This document shows positions 25,601 to 38,688 of a stretch of DNA of 64,000 bases, one piece after another. Location of the stretch: positions 95,854,001 through 95,918,000 of the forward strand of contig NC_087436.1 in assembly GCF_036321535.1 (NCBI RefSeq), read 5' to 3'. Each line of letters opens with the position of its first letter. The first letter of the stretch is position 1. The DNA is from Camelus dromedarius. Lineage: Eukaryota. Below the pieces are notes generated by a model. It did no database searches, was not told where the DNA came from, and saw only the letters and a program-made list of their open reading frames with translations. A program made the translations under genes and the position numbers.

Positions 25601-28600
25601 GTCTTGTCCAGGATATGCCTGTGGTGCTTGGTCTGAGTCTGAAACACAGAGATATGAATCTTACAGGAGAACAGGGCCCTGGCATTTACACAACATCATG
25701 TCCTCTTCCATAGACGAAATCCAGCTTTTCTGGTGAAGAGAGAATGGATGGGCAGGAGCTTATGCCCACACCTAACAGAGACTCATCCTTGAGTGGGCCA
25801 CTGACCCAAGACAAGGAGTACTTATCTAGAGAACCCACCAGGGGGTCACCTCCAGAAAAACCTGAATGAGTTAGAGGAATTACCTGACTGAATTCTTAAC
25901 TCAGTTGCTCTGACATTAAATGGAGAATGGAATCCTGGGGTCAGAAATGAAGCAAGAGACCAGTTCTCCAGTTAGGAGGCCATTATGATGGTGGCTTGGA
26001 TTAAGATAGTGGCAGTGAACACTGTACAGAAGCAGATGGAGTCAAGACATATTCTGGAAACAGAACCAACAGGGCTTGCAGCTGGTTGGAAGGTAGGGTG
26101 TAAGTGAGAGAAAAATCAAAAGTGACCTTTAGATTAAAAAAAAATGTGAATAAGGAAGCACTGACTATTACTTCTCAAACATTTTATGATTTGTCTTGAA
26201 TTTTTAAACTAAACAAACCTCCTGGGAGAAGTGTAAGGGGGAGAAAAAGTCACAGTATTGTGACTCTTCTATAGGGAAGAGTGTGGCAGTCTTGGACTGA
26301 GACTTAGTATCTCTTCTAGAGGTCAGCACTGAGCACCCTTTGATTGGGAAGGCATCTGGAACCCTCGGCCTCTGGCTGCCTCAGATGGCTCTGCAACAGC
26401 CATATTCAGTTGGCTTTTTTGTGGAATCAAACATTCAGAGACATAATGACTGCCCACTCTCCATAGGAGCAACAAAACTACTAACACATACGATAAATAC
26501 CAACTCTTGATCTAGAAAGCTCCCTACATCCTGGAATTCAGAAACCCTGGAGCAACTCCTGATCGAGATTGACATCAGACATCTATCAAAGCTTTGCACA
26601 GAGTCCAAGGCATGGGCACAAAGCTGTTTTCAGTTACAAGACTTCAGAAGCAAGGTGAGAACTCGTGAGTATTATTAACCATGTAGGCATTTTAATACAA
26701 TCAGTGTTAGTCGGAGCTGCATATGTGTTTCCTATTTGTCAACATTTCACTTAACTCTCAGTATTAACTCTTTTGGCTTCTGAGATCTCCTTAAGGCTCC
26801 TATCTGGTTCCTGCTAGACTGGAAAGAGACGATGTGGGAAGCTCTTGACCTGACCCTGGCCTTTTTTCCTTTATCCTTTGCTATTTCTGGTCTCCTCCTT
26901 TCTCTGCAGGAGCAAATCTTGTTCACAGATCTCCAGAAGTGAGAAAATGGGTATGGAAGGAGTGTAGAACCAGCAGACAGCTCAGGGAGAATGAGAGGGA
27001 ACATGACCCACTTTATATCTAAGTAGAATGTTAATTATAGCAGAAATGGTTGTTGTAATAACTAATTTACGTGCCTAGAGCATAATCTGGGAGCCACATG
27101 ACCTCAAGCAAAGAGGGCAGGCTGAGGTCAGAGAGAGCTGGGCCAGGTCTCAGCACAAAGCTTACAGTGAGCTGGGAGACTCAGAATTTACTGAACATCC
27201 AAGCCCTATTTCCACTACCATGAAGTGGAGGTCACCTCCACCTTCCAGACATTTGAAGTGACCAAAGGCACTTGCACAGAGTACAGGGCAACCAATAAAT
27301 AAACAGCAGCATTTATAACGTTTCTTAATTTATAACGTACTTTTGCATACATGGTTTCACTTCTTACCAACCTTTAATAAATCCAAGTCTTCGATTTTTG
27401 ACTAAAGCAGCTCCCCAAAGTTCTTCTAACTGCAAGGTGCCAAATATTTTTCACCCTGATTTCTCTCTTCTGCCAGGAGCAGAAATCTAGCACTTAGTGG
27501 TGATGGAGTCACAGGGCTCTGTCTGGGCTCAGCGGTGATGTCATAGGTACTGAGGTCTGCTGTTGGTGCAGGATACTGGAGTGTGGTAATGACCACATCC
27601 ACTTATCAACCCTCTTCCAACCTAGTCCAGCCTCTCGATTCACAGTAGCAAAGGGTCACTTCTGTTTCTAACACCTCAAGATAAGTTGAAGGCAGTTTTG
27701 CAGGGGGTCCCTTTAGTTCAGTGATAAATATGCCTGTTTGCCAATGCATTCCAGGAATCTTTGAGCCGTTGCCGTGTGTGTGTCTGTATTTGAGTCCATA
27801 TGCAAAAATATACCTGTTTCTTTGCATAAGGCTGACCTCAAATACAAAGGGCCACTCAGAGATACTATAGGAACCAGCTAGGAAGCAACAGGGCCTTGAC
27901 TTGGGCCTGGTGCAGCAAGTGATTAATTTAACAGCTACATGGAGCGTGTGAACCCAAGCACCATGAGGGATCAGGCAGTGATGCATATATGTGACATGTC
28001 AGGTAGAAGGCAGCAGGGAGTGGGGAGACTAGTGAATAGAGTGTAAATGCCAGCCTGCAGGCATTCAAATGGAACTGCTTTGCTTCAAACACAAACAATA
28101 AAAGTCTGCAGGCCAGGCCACGTGTCTGCAACCTGCACCATTACACCATTAACAGAAACTATAGCTAATTGCTTTCATTCAAAGCACTTTGACACATTTC
28201 TTTTTTCATTGAATAGCCTTAGAGTGGTTCTCTGAATTTGGGCAGAAGTAAAGTAAGAGATGTAGTGTAAGTGTTCTAAATAAGGGATAGATTGATGAGG
28301 TGTGACAGCAAATCCAATCCAGGAAAGCTTTCTGGAGGAGGCAGCATTAGCAGTAGGAGAGATGGAAATGAATGCTTTTCTTGAGTAAAGGAGGGAAATA
28401 ACCTCTGTAGGCAAAAGAAACAGCAATGAGCAAAAAGAGGAAAGCTTGCTTGGCTACTCCAGAAAAATTAACAGTCCTATTTTGTTGAATAGGACACAAA
28501 ATCTTGGAATTAGAGGGAAAATCTAAATAATCATCTGAGACCAGATGGACAAGGCTCTTGACTGCCAAGCTAAGGAATTTAGCATTTATTGGCTGGAGAT

Positions 28601-29799
28601 GGGAGGTGGACAGGCCAGAAAGCTTTACAGATGAAACAGCCTGATCAGAGAATGGATTTTCTGGGAGATAAGTCTGCTTTGTTGATTTTACAGACTCCTT
28701 CTTAAGCATATTTTTCCCTCGACAACTTCAGTCTGAAAAATACGTCATTCTTATTAGCATATGTTTTAAAAGCAAACTTGGTCACCATAAATGTATATGA
28801 GAAAAGGGGGCATAAAAACTGGCAGCAAATCCAGGAAATGTGGCCATCTGTTTCCGTGGTTCTGAGTAGAGATCAGCAAAAATAGCATTTTAAGAAACGC
28901 AGAACTATAGCTGAAATCACATTTTCCAGTGTAGGTTTTCACCAGTGACCACTTACAATTTTATTTGTCTGGCATTTTCAGTAAAATATACCATCTCCAG
29001 CACATCATGAAAAACTATCTTCTGTTGCCTTGTAAACACAAGGAATGAAAAACGAGGGAAAGGAAGGGAGGGGAGGAGGAAAAATGATACGTGGCTTGTC
29101 AGGAAACGTAAATCAGCTGTCAGAAGTGACCTTTTCAAAGTAATGACGAAGAAAAAGAAAAACATCAAACAGTCTGGTCTGAACTTTTACAAAAAAGTAG
29201 TGTAGGGTTAAAAAAGAAATTGGAGTTTGGAGTCAGAAAGGGTATGTTGAAAAGTCAGCTCTCCCTTTACTATACATTCTTGCGATGAGATCAATTTCCT
29301 CCTCTCTAAAACAGTGGTATTATTTATTCCTTTCATAGTTATGAGGAATAAGTGTCACATAGTAATCATGGATCATACATAGTCACCTCTTTCCTTCCTT
29401 TGGAAAGGAAGGGATATGCCTGCCATATTCCGCTGGTGTGACCATGGGTATTAAACAAACTCAACAGCTGTGTAAGTTCTCTCAACCCACAAAGGAGGTT
29501 CACTTCGTTCACTTGGTCGACTTGGGCCTGCATGCAAGGGGAGGGAGGCAGTGGTGCAGATAACCCTAATGACCAGATAACAATTTTTTATGTTTCACTG
29601 TGGCAGGCATTGACCTCCCTGAAGGAGGTCATTACTGTAGCCCCTTTTCTTTAGATTAATATTCAAATTAGTTGACCCCCTTGAGCACACCGTATGAGGC
29701 CAAGGGGGAAAGATAGAGAATGGAGGTACAGGGCAAGAACATTTGGAGATTTTAACTGTGTTCAAGCAAAGCACAATGAGGATAATCTGCTGGAAATGT

Positions 29800-29950
29800 T
29801 TTCATTCATCACAAATATTTACTGAGCACCCATCTGGGGCTAGATATTGTGCAGGCTGCAGGGATACATCTGTTAATAAAACAAAAAGAATCCCTGCCCT
29901 CACAAAACTTACATCCCAGTGAAGAGGGAGACAGACAACGAACAAAACAA
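29800..29950 (-). mobile_element. LINE-2 3' end fragment
   Basis: TTCATTCATCACAAATATTTACTGAGCACC...CCCTGCCCTCACAAAACTTACA. Confidence 0.7.
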
Positions 29951-30889
29951 TAAATGCTGCTGTCTATTACAAGTTCACTAGAAGCTGACTCTGTAGATGA
30001 TAATCTACATACATAAATAGGAAAAGGGAAGGTGTAAACTTTGAGGTAGAGCCTTCTTATGTTAACACTGGATGTTCCTGGACCGCAAGCCACTCACGAC
30101 AAATAAAGGGCAGGGATTTTTGTAGAAAAGAGTAACAGTGGAAATTACATGCTGAAGACTAATATGAGTAGCATGATTATGAGAGAGAGAAAGGAGAGAT
30201 GTATGTATGCGCATCAGACACTCTTGACATTTTTCCTGTATTACCTTAAGGAAAAAACTGGGGGAGGCATAAGTTCCAGAAGCAAGATGGAAAGCATTTT
30301 CCCTTTTTCATTTTTACAATGTCTTAAATTTATCAGTTTATAAATGGTTTTTTAACTTGCCTATGTTTTATAATATTTTTCAAATAAAAATCAGAGTTAA
30401 AGAGCGATGAGCTAGTTCTCTATGTGCTGACACAGAAATCAGCTCATGATACATAAAGTGGAAAATCCAGGTTACAGGTGTGTATCCTGTGATCACATAT
30501 GTGTAAAATACACAGATTTTTTTAAATGGCAACTAGTGTTGGACAGCTGAGTGAGTTATCCCACCAAAGTCTCAGTGACATCTCTGAGTCCTCTCCCTTT
30601 CTCACCACCCATGAACAGTATCACTAAGGAATGACTCCGTCTTGGAGTGGCCTTCCAAATGTAGCCCCTTCTTTCCATTCCACTCATTACTGTCATAGGT
30701 CAGCTGTCATCATCTCCATAAATCTCCTTTCTGGTCTTAGTCCATCCTCCACAGGCTAGGTTTACTTCTCAAAACACAGACTTGATTGTGTCCCTATCTC
30801 GATTCTCCAGTGACCACTGGATGGAGTCCAGTCTTGGCATGGCGTCCAAGACTCTTCCAAATCTGGCCTCTCCTACCAGTGGTAGACAA

Positions 30890-31575
30890 CAATTCTTGCC
30901 TAATAATGATTTCCTCTCATTCCACTATACTAGCAGAATCTTAATTTTGTTCAATTAATAAACAGAGACTCTTGATCTCAGGCTTTAGCCCCAAAGGATA
31001 GGCTATGAGTTGGTACATAGTAAGCAATGCATTTTTTTTAATTAAATGAACGAATAGTATAAATAAGTCATATTTATACTATTCCTCTTTCCAAATGATT
31101 AGTCCACAAGTCAACATGTGAGCCAGCTCTAGCCAATGAGATACTAGGAAAAGTATGCCCCATTCTTCCTGCTTGGAACTCACTTGTGAAGAGAGCTACA
31201 GCAGCCATCTTTGAACCATGAGGTCATAAAGCCAAAATCAACATGCTAAGCCTGGCAGAATGTAATGAGATGAAAACCTGTGTTATTGATGATACAGATC
31301 CAACCATTCTGAAACTGCTTATCTCCAAATCCTTATTAAATGATACATCAAAATATCTGTATTGCCTAAACTGGACTTCAATGTGCCTATGAATCACTTG
31401 GAAATCTCATTAAAGTGAAAAATTCTGATTTAGTAGACCTGAAGTGGGCCTGGAGGATCTACATTAATAACAGGCTCCCAGGTGATGCTGCTAAGGACCA
31501 CAGTTAGAGAAATGAGGATGTGAACCACTATAAACTGGACATTCCCTTACTTTCAGCTGACCTCATCCTTACTGC
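30890..31575 (+). mobile_element. Old MaLR LTR (MLT1-type) interrupted by a MER5-like MITE (~31370-31515)
   Basis: AGCAGAATCTTAATTTTGTTCA, CTAGCCAATGAGAT, GCAGCCATCTTTGAACCATGAGG. MER5-like GAATCACTTGGAAATCTCATTAAAGTG...CCCAGGTGATGCTG. Confidence 0.65.
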
Positions 31576-32724
31576 CTACTGTCCTCCACACATACCACAT
31601 TAACCACACCATCCAAATTTCTCAAATACACACGAACAGCCTCTTGGGCTTGCCTCATGCTCATCCTCTTTTGAAAGAAGCTTCCGTAGATTTTACCACT
31701 TATTCTACACATCAGACTGGCTCACTTCTTTCTCACTAACGTTATTTGCACTTGCTCCCGCACATGTTTCTCTGAGGTCTTTTATTCAAGTCCTTGTTAA
31801 ACAATTACAGCAGCATATTTAATAGGCAAAATGATTTTGAAGGACTTGAAACTTAATTGCAATATTACTGAATTCCCTAGTAGATTTTATATATTATATT
31901 ATATAACTGGTTGTGTTCCATTCCAGTAACATGGGAATTAAAAACTACATAAACAGTGTTCTGTTGCCTGTGCCTCTCCTGATTTTAAGCCTTAATTGCA
32001 TGTGGCACTTTGACCCTTTTTTTACAAAGCCTGACATTAATATGTATCAGCTTAAATCTGAGCTCATAAGAATTATTCATGATCACTTTCAGAATATAAA
32101 CACTATCCCTCTCTTATCTGTCCAGGAAATTCCTACCTGATTCTATTTTATTAATTAGCAATATGCTTTTCATACCACATTGTATTTCCGTGTATTTTTT
32201 AAAATATTACTCTGAAATTTACCATTCATACTTTTCAGCTCAAACTTGCAGAAAGGGCATCCAATTACTCAAGTTGAATGCAAGATATGTCGAGTGCCAG
32301 GGTAGGAGAGGGATGGAGGTAATGTGTGTGGGTGATGAGTGCCTGCAGCTGTCACAGACTCTGCACATCAGTCAGCACACAGTGATTACACAACATCAAT
32401 CAAATCGTCGATTTGCTTTGATTTCCACTGTAAATGAGCACAATTTATCTGCAGCCCCAATCAGCCCCAAATCATCACATGATCTGTGCAAGTGACAAGG
32501 ACATAAGGGTTAACTGAAAAACCAGGACTCCAGAGATGGACGTTTTCATTCAGATTCTACCAGTGACTCTGCACAAGAACATTAGCCTCTCCCTCCCAGT
32601 CAGCAGAATTTTAAGTCATATACTGTACAAGTGAAAATCTAAAACTACCCTGTGATTCAGCGAAGACTGCAATAAATATCTCATGGAACAGGGTGAGGGT
32701 AAAGCATGAAGAATCTAGGGGGTT

Positions 32725-32875
32725 GGGGGAAAGTAGAGCTCAGTGGTAGAGTATGTGCTTAGTGTGCACGAGGTCCTGGGTTCAATCCCCAGTACCTCCA
32801 TTAAAATTTTTTTAAATTAATAAATAAACCTGATTGCCTCCCTGCCCTCCCCGTCCCAGAATGCTTTAAAAAAAT
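32725..32875 (+). mobile_element. vic-1-type tRNA-derived SINE
   Basis: GAGCTCAGTGGTAGAGTATGTGCTTAGTGTGCACGAGGTCCTGGGTTCAATCCCCAGTACCTCC followed by an AT-rich spacer and C-rich block. Confidence 0.9.
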
Positions 32876-33354
32876 AACCTCCAGTGACCACAGGCTCTGT
32901 GAGTCTAGCCTTGCCGACACTGGTAGTTCTCTAGGACTTTCCAGGTAGATTTTCCCCCTCCTTCTTCATCTCTTTCAAATCTTACTACAGTAATGGTGAG
33001 CAATTATGATTCAAGGGAAGTATTCGTAGTCTGAGGACTTGTAGGTGCTAATGTGTAGATTTGTAAGATTCTGAAAGCTAAAACTCTTAACTTACTGCCT
33101 TACTCATCCAGGCAAAGGCTGTGACCTCTTTCTAGAGCTTCGGTAGTGAGTTCTCTTGGACGGATACTACAACTACCTTACAGATCCGAAGTGCTTTACT
33201 GAGAGCAGATGCCCTGATTTGCACATCCTTTTCAAATACCCCTTTTGAAGTCTGTTAGTTTATAACCATGAGGCCCATCTTCCCATCCTTGCGAAGTGTC
33301 CCCGTGTCTCGTCTTCTCCAGCTGAGAACTGCAAGGCCTCTTCCCCCACTGAGG

Positions 33355-33810
33355 ACCAAGTAATTTGATACGTTTTCACCTATGAACATACCTGTGAAAC
33401 CAAAGCAATTTACCAAACATTTCCATCACTCTCCAAAGTTCTTGCGCCCCTTTGCAATCCCTCCCTCCCTCTGCCCCATCCACAAGCCACCCTAATCTGT
33501 TTTCTTCACTAAAGATTAGTTTGCATTTTTGAAGAGTTTTATATAAATGCAATGACATAGCATGTACACTTTTTATTGGTGGGGGAACAACTTGCTTCAC
33601 TCAGCAAATGATTTTGAGATTTTCCACACTGCTATGTGCATCCTTTTTATTGGTGTGGAGCATTCCACTTGCCACCTGTTGATGAACATCTGGGTTGTTT
33701 TCAAATTCTAGGCTGTCTTCCATTTTTGGCTTATTACGTATAAAGCTGTTAGCAGCACTGGTGTACATGACTTTGTGGGGACATACATCTTCATTTCCAT
33801 GTAGATTCTC
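33355..33810 (-). mobile_element. LINE-1 3'UTR fragment (L1MC/L1ME-like)
   Basis: AACATTTCCATCACTCTCCAAAGTTC...GATTAGTTTGCATTTTT...GTTGATGAACATCTGGGTTGTTT. Confidence 0.8.
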
Positions 33811-35632
33811 GTAGCTGTACTGAAATTTTGTAAAGCCCGGTAGCACACCAGGCTCGTAGCCCGTGGCCTGAAGAAACAACTAACATTGGCATCGCTATGA
33901 CTTGCGCTCCCACGCTCCCTCTCCAGACACCACTGGTCCCCTGCTGCTGCCCCCACAGCTCTCACTTCTGGCCACTGCAGCCACCACAACCCAGCTTCCT
34001 CTTTCCACAGCTGATGCCTCTAATTATTTCCCTTGGGCCACTGCGGGCCCTTCAATGCTCCGGTCACGGTCTCACCTGTCCTTGGCGATATGACAGAATT
34101 GTTCACTTCCTGCTCAGACAAAATAAGGCTATGATCTTAACAGATTCATATGGTACGGGGTTTTCCAACATTTCTAGTCTATTCAGGATTGTCTGCATCA
34201 CACTCAAGATACCAAAGCAAGAGCAAATTAAATTCCAATTAAGATATCACAGTGTCTTGCTTTCACCTATTTTTAAATGTTATCACTTTAACTGGTACCT
34301 TAAAAGAGCCAGCGTTTCTTCATATAAGCAAAATATTATGGCCTTCTGTCATGTTCATTACAGCTTTGCTGTAATCACATGTTGTAAAATAATATTTTTA
34401 ACGAAGGTCCTTCTCTGTTGTCAATACTCAAAGTGTCTACATGTTTCCAAATGATTCACAGATGACTTCTATTTTGGCTGTGATTCCAAACTGAAATGGT
34501 CTCAACTAATCCACATTTTAAAAATTTCAAGCCATATCTGTTCACTCGATTCCTTCAAAAAGACCTAAAAATTATACCATTTCACAAGTATAAAACCTAA
34601 CTGCTACCAGTTTAGGTACTAAGATGACACAACATGGAAAATGAAGGCTGTGTATGGGAATCCTGGATGTCGCACCATAATCTTATGGTGTCTGCACCCT
34701 TCTCTGTAGAAATACTGTGGACTGCTTGCTTGGTACAGAAGGAGCACATGATACCATTCAAAAATTATGTGCAGCATCTTTCCCAGACAGAAACCTGGGT
34801 CTGTGACAACAAAGAGCAAAGCAGGATGCTGGCTTTTGCTCCCAGGTTCTTTAGAGACCACAGAATACCAGTCCAGGGCCTTACTTTGGGGCCAATGTCA
34901 GTGACCAGTTTGGGTCAGCCCTGTAACAACCTGACATGCATTTATCCAACCTCACTAAAGTATATTATTTAGTTTACAACTTTAACATGATTTTTCATAT
35001 ATTTCTTACAAATAAGATTTTTAACAACCAGTTCTACTTTATTAAAATTCAAATCACTTATTTGAGCACCAAGTTTCTGTTCTTTATGCAAATTGTCTCC
35101 TATAAAAGAGTCTTACGTTTGCACTGCCCAACCTCTGTGGGGCACCGAACACACCTTCCTGGGTGCTACAGACCAGCCAGCTGCCAACAGAACATGGAAA
35201 ATGAACAGCTACACATCCAGAATAACTTCCCTGGAGGTCAGCTGAGAATGGGTCAGTTCTGGAACTTTATTTCTTTACAATCTCAGCAAAATATGATTTC
35301 AGATCATTTTTGCTTTTTTTTTTATGACCAGAACTCTCCACATATGACATCCTGAACAGGAAGTTATTCCTTTGAGCCCTCAATCAGCTTGAGCAAAGGC
35401 AAAGTGAGTACCTTTCTCCAACGGAACCCAAATTTTGCTCACCCATCAAAATGACAGATGCCATCACATCCCTGATCTCTCCCAAGCAAGAAATACCCCA
35501 TCATGTCCAACACAGCACAACAAAGCTGCTTACCCTTCATTGGGGTGGGGGCGGGGGAGGGGGCCCTCCTGGGAAGAGGAACCCCAGCAACACCACACAT
35601 GGCCAGGCCTAGAGTCTCCAAACAGCCACCTT

Positions 35633-35861
35633 TTAAAAAATTCTTTTTTTCACTTAAGTGTAGTTGGTTTACAACGTTAGTTTCAGGTGCACAACAAAGT
35701 GATTCAGTTATGCATATACATACATTTATTTTTTCAGTTTCTTTTCCACTACAGCTCACTACAAGAAATTGAAATATAGTCCTCTGTGCTAAATAGTGGA
35801 TCCCTGTTATTTATCTGTTTTATATATAGTAGCTTGTATCTGTTAATCTCAAACTCCTAAT
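35633..35861 (-). mobile_element. Artiodactyl-type LINE-1 extreme 3' end
   Basis: TAGTTGGTTTACAACGTTAGTTTCAGGTGCACAACAAAGTGATTCAGTTA. Degenerate TSD TCCAAACAGCCACCTT (35617) / TCCAAGCAGTCACTTT (35862). Confidence 0.85.
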
Positions 35862-36261
35862 TCCAAGCAGTCACTTTATTCTCAAGTAAAAAATACCAGA
35901 CTACAAGCTTTACATGTAAATTGTAAGTACCTGATAATAATGATGAAGTTCAGCCCTGTATAATATAAGAAGCAATTCTTACTGAGAAGTCTCTTGAAGT
36001 CAGAACCTACTCCCAACTGGTAAGTGTGGTTCTGTCTTGGGGTAGGGTAAGGACTGGACTTACATTTTATACTTTACACACTTCTGAACTGACTGCATTT
36101 TTTTTATAGTGAGCATTTACTATAAATATTAAATGTTAAGTGTTTTACAGGAAAAAATTTCTTTCCTTGGTTTTACATTTTTCTGTCCAGTCCTCCCAGA
36201 GTGGACACTTAAAGATTTTTAGGCTGCACAGCATTGAATGACTGCCTTGTTCAGGGAGAAA

Positions 36262-36915
36262 TTGTAAAACAGGTGGCAGAATGGCCCCCTCTGCTGACAG
36301 GGGACAAATATTCACTCTCTCCCACTTTTTCTTTCTTTTTTTTTTAATTGAAGTATAGTCAGTTACAATGTGTCAATTTCTGGTCCATAATGTCTCAGTC
36401 CTACATATATATATATATATTCATTTTCATATTCTTTTTCATTAAAAGTTATTATAAAATATTGAATATAGTTCCCTGTGTCTCTCCTACTTTCTGGCAG
36501 CTAATGTACAGGCGATCAATGTTGGTTCTGTCAGTCAATCAGGGCTTCATTCCTGTCTGGCATTTGAATCTTGAAGGAGTAAAGTCAGGTAATAGGGTCG
36601 GCAAGATCTGACTCACAAGGGGAGCAGAGGCGTGGAGTCCAGTGGCGCCGCAGCTAATGGCCAGTGGTGGCAGTGCCAAGGACGGCAGTGCCTGGCAGCT
36701 GGGGTGCCCACGGTGGTGTTCTTAGCAGGGTATTCCTGTGCTGCAACCTTGGCCGTGGTTCCAGCTGCCTGGCTGCCCTTGGTTGCTGCTCATCTGCATA
36801 GCTGGATTCTCTAGTCTTTACGTTAATTCCGAGAACTACCCTGTATCCTTCCAATAAATTTTTTTCTGCTTACATCAGTCGGAGTTGATTCCTGGAGCCA
36901 AGAATCCGGACCCAC
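36262..36915 (+). mobile_element. Old ERVL LTR (LTR33/LTR16-like), interrupted by a younger L1 end
   Basis: GGCAG-rich core and a 3' end AATAAATTTTTTTCTGCTTACATCAGTCGGAGTTGATTCCTG...CCAAGAATCC. Confidence 0.6.
36329..36480 (-). mobile_element. Lineage-specific LINE-1 3' end
   Basis: TTTTAATTGAAGTATAGTCAGTTACAATGTGTCAATTTCTGG. TSD TCTCTCCCACTTT (36316-36328) / TCTCTCCTACTTT (36481-36493). Confidence 0.9.
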
Positions 36916-37229
36916 AATTTGTTCATTTATTCATTTAATAAAGTATTTGTGAACTGCCTGATATGTGTCCAACACTGTTCTAGGCATGGGGATCCCGCTG
37001 TGAACAAAATAAATATCCATTCCTGTGAGGAGGTTATGGGCTGCTGGATCTCACTTCTTCCCAGCCCTGCCCTTCCTTTACCTTTCTCCAGAAGTCTGTT
37101 TTACTCTGATAGTACCCCTGAGCCAAGCTTGTCTTTCTTAGTTTCCCTTGACGTTAAGGAAGCAAGGAATTTTCATGTCCTTCGGGTCTGGAATTGAGGG
37201 CAGACCTACTCTTTGACACCACGAACGAT

Positions 37230-38270
37230 CATTCATCACCATTCCATAAACACTTACCAGCACCTAGACTACTTGAGAAACTCTGCTAGCAGTTGGATAC
37301 ATAATGCTGAAGTAGTCACTGCCCTCAAAGAGATTACAGTGTAGCAGCAAAGACAGACAACAGACATTTAACAAAGCTCTCAAGGGCGATCTGTGCCAGA
37401 GAAAAGGAAGCACAGTGCCATAGAAACACGTGATTGGAACACCTTACCTGGTTTAGGAAGCGGCCAGGGAAGGCTTCCTAGAGGAAGTGATGTTTCACTT
37501 AAGACCTGAGGGATGCATTAAAGCTAGCCAGCTGAAGAGGATATGAAGCATCACAGTCAGAAGGAACAACACATACAATATTCTAGTGTAAGAGGGGCAC
37601 GGCACGTTAGAGAAAATGGAGGGGGTTCAGCAAGCTGGGGGCAAGAAACGTAGCAGTTGTGAGGGGGGGGGATTACGGTTAAGGTGAGATTGGAAAGGTG
37701 GATGAAGGACTGTATTAGTGTCCACAGATTTATTCTCAGAACAATCAGAAGCCTCTGCTTAAGAACTTAAGCACAGGTGACAACAGGAGAGTGTGTTGTT
37801 GATCCTGCAAATTAGAAAGATCACTAGATGCCAGGTGGAGTGAACTGGAGTGGGGAAACACGAGGCATCAGATTATTTAAGAGCTCACCATAGTAGTCCA
37901 GCATACAGACTGGATCCTGATCCAGCAGGGGTAGGAGAGATGAAAAGAAGCAGAAATATTCAAGTGATAGGTACTGGGTACAGTCAAAAGGACTTTCTGA
38001 TTGATGGGTGGATATGAGGTGAACAAGGAGAGAGAAGAGTCGAAGATGACACCCAGGTGTCTGATCCGGGTGGACAGGGGCTCTTAATCAAACACAAATG
38101 AAACACTGAAGAGGAAATGACTTTCATTTGGTTGTGTTCAGCTTAAAGTGACCACAGAAAACTGCCTGATTGGCAGCTGCAGATGTGGGCTGGGATTTAA
38201 GCAGAGATCAGAACTAGAGGACCTGCTCCAGGAATATGGGCAGTGACTGAGGTATGGGGGTAGTGAGACT
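37230..38270 (-). mobile_element. LINE-2 fragment
   Basis: CAGGGAAGGCTTCCTAGAGGAAGTGATGTTT...TAGAAAGATCACT...GAGTCGAAGATGACACCCAGGT. Confidence 0.75.
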
Positions 38271-38299
38271 CCCCTGGGGGCGACACCATCATGGGGTGG

Positions 38300-38688
38300 G
38301 CTGTGTTATTCTTACAAAGAGTCGTCACCCCTTCCTGGGGAAGGATTCAATTTTGCCATCTTGTTGATGTTAGGCTTGGCCACATGACTCGTTTTGACCA
38401 ATGGCATGTGAATGGAAATGACATGTGTCACCTCCCTTCTGTGCAGAGGCTTTAAAGTTGGCTCAGGGTTCTCCATGATCTCTTTTCCATCTGCTCTGAC
38501 AAGCAACAACTTTCCAGAGAGGGGCTACACAGTCAGCCCGGCCATCAGAACAAAGATTATTAGTAACCCAGTGATAGCGAAGTCACAGTGAACATGTAGC
38601 TAGAGAAGAAATAAATGCTGTTATAAGGCACTGAGATTTGGGGATCGTTTGTTACTGTAGCAAAACCAAGCCTACTCTGACTGATACA
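38300..38688 (+). mobile_element. MaLR solo LTR (MLT1H/I-like)
   Basis: TTGGCCACATGACTCGTTTTGACCAATGG...CACTGAGATTTGGGGATCGTTTGTTACTGTAGCA...CTGACTGATACA. Confidence 0.8.

Noticed and set aside
33897..34454. 185-aa ORF
   Set aside because: Composition shifts midway from GC-rich to AT-rich, no domain, probably spans an old repeat.
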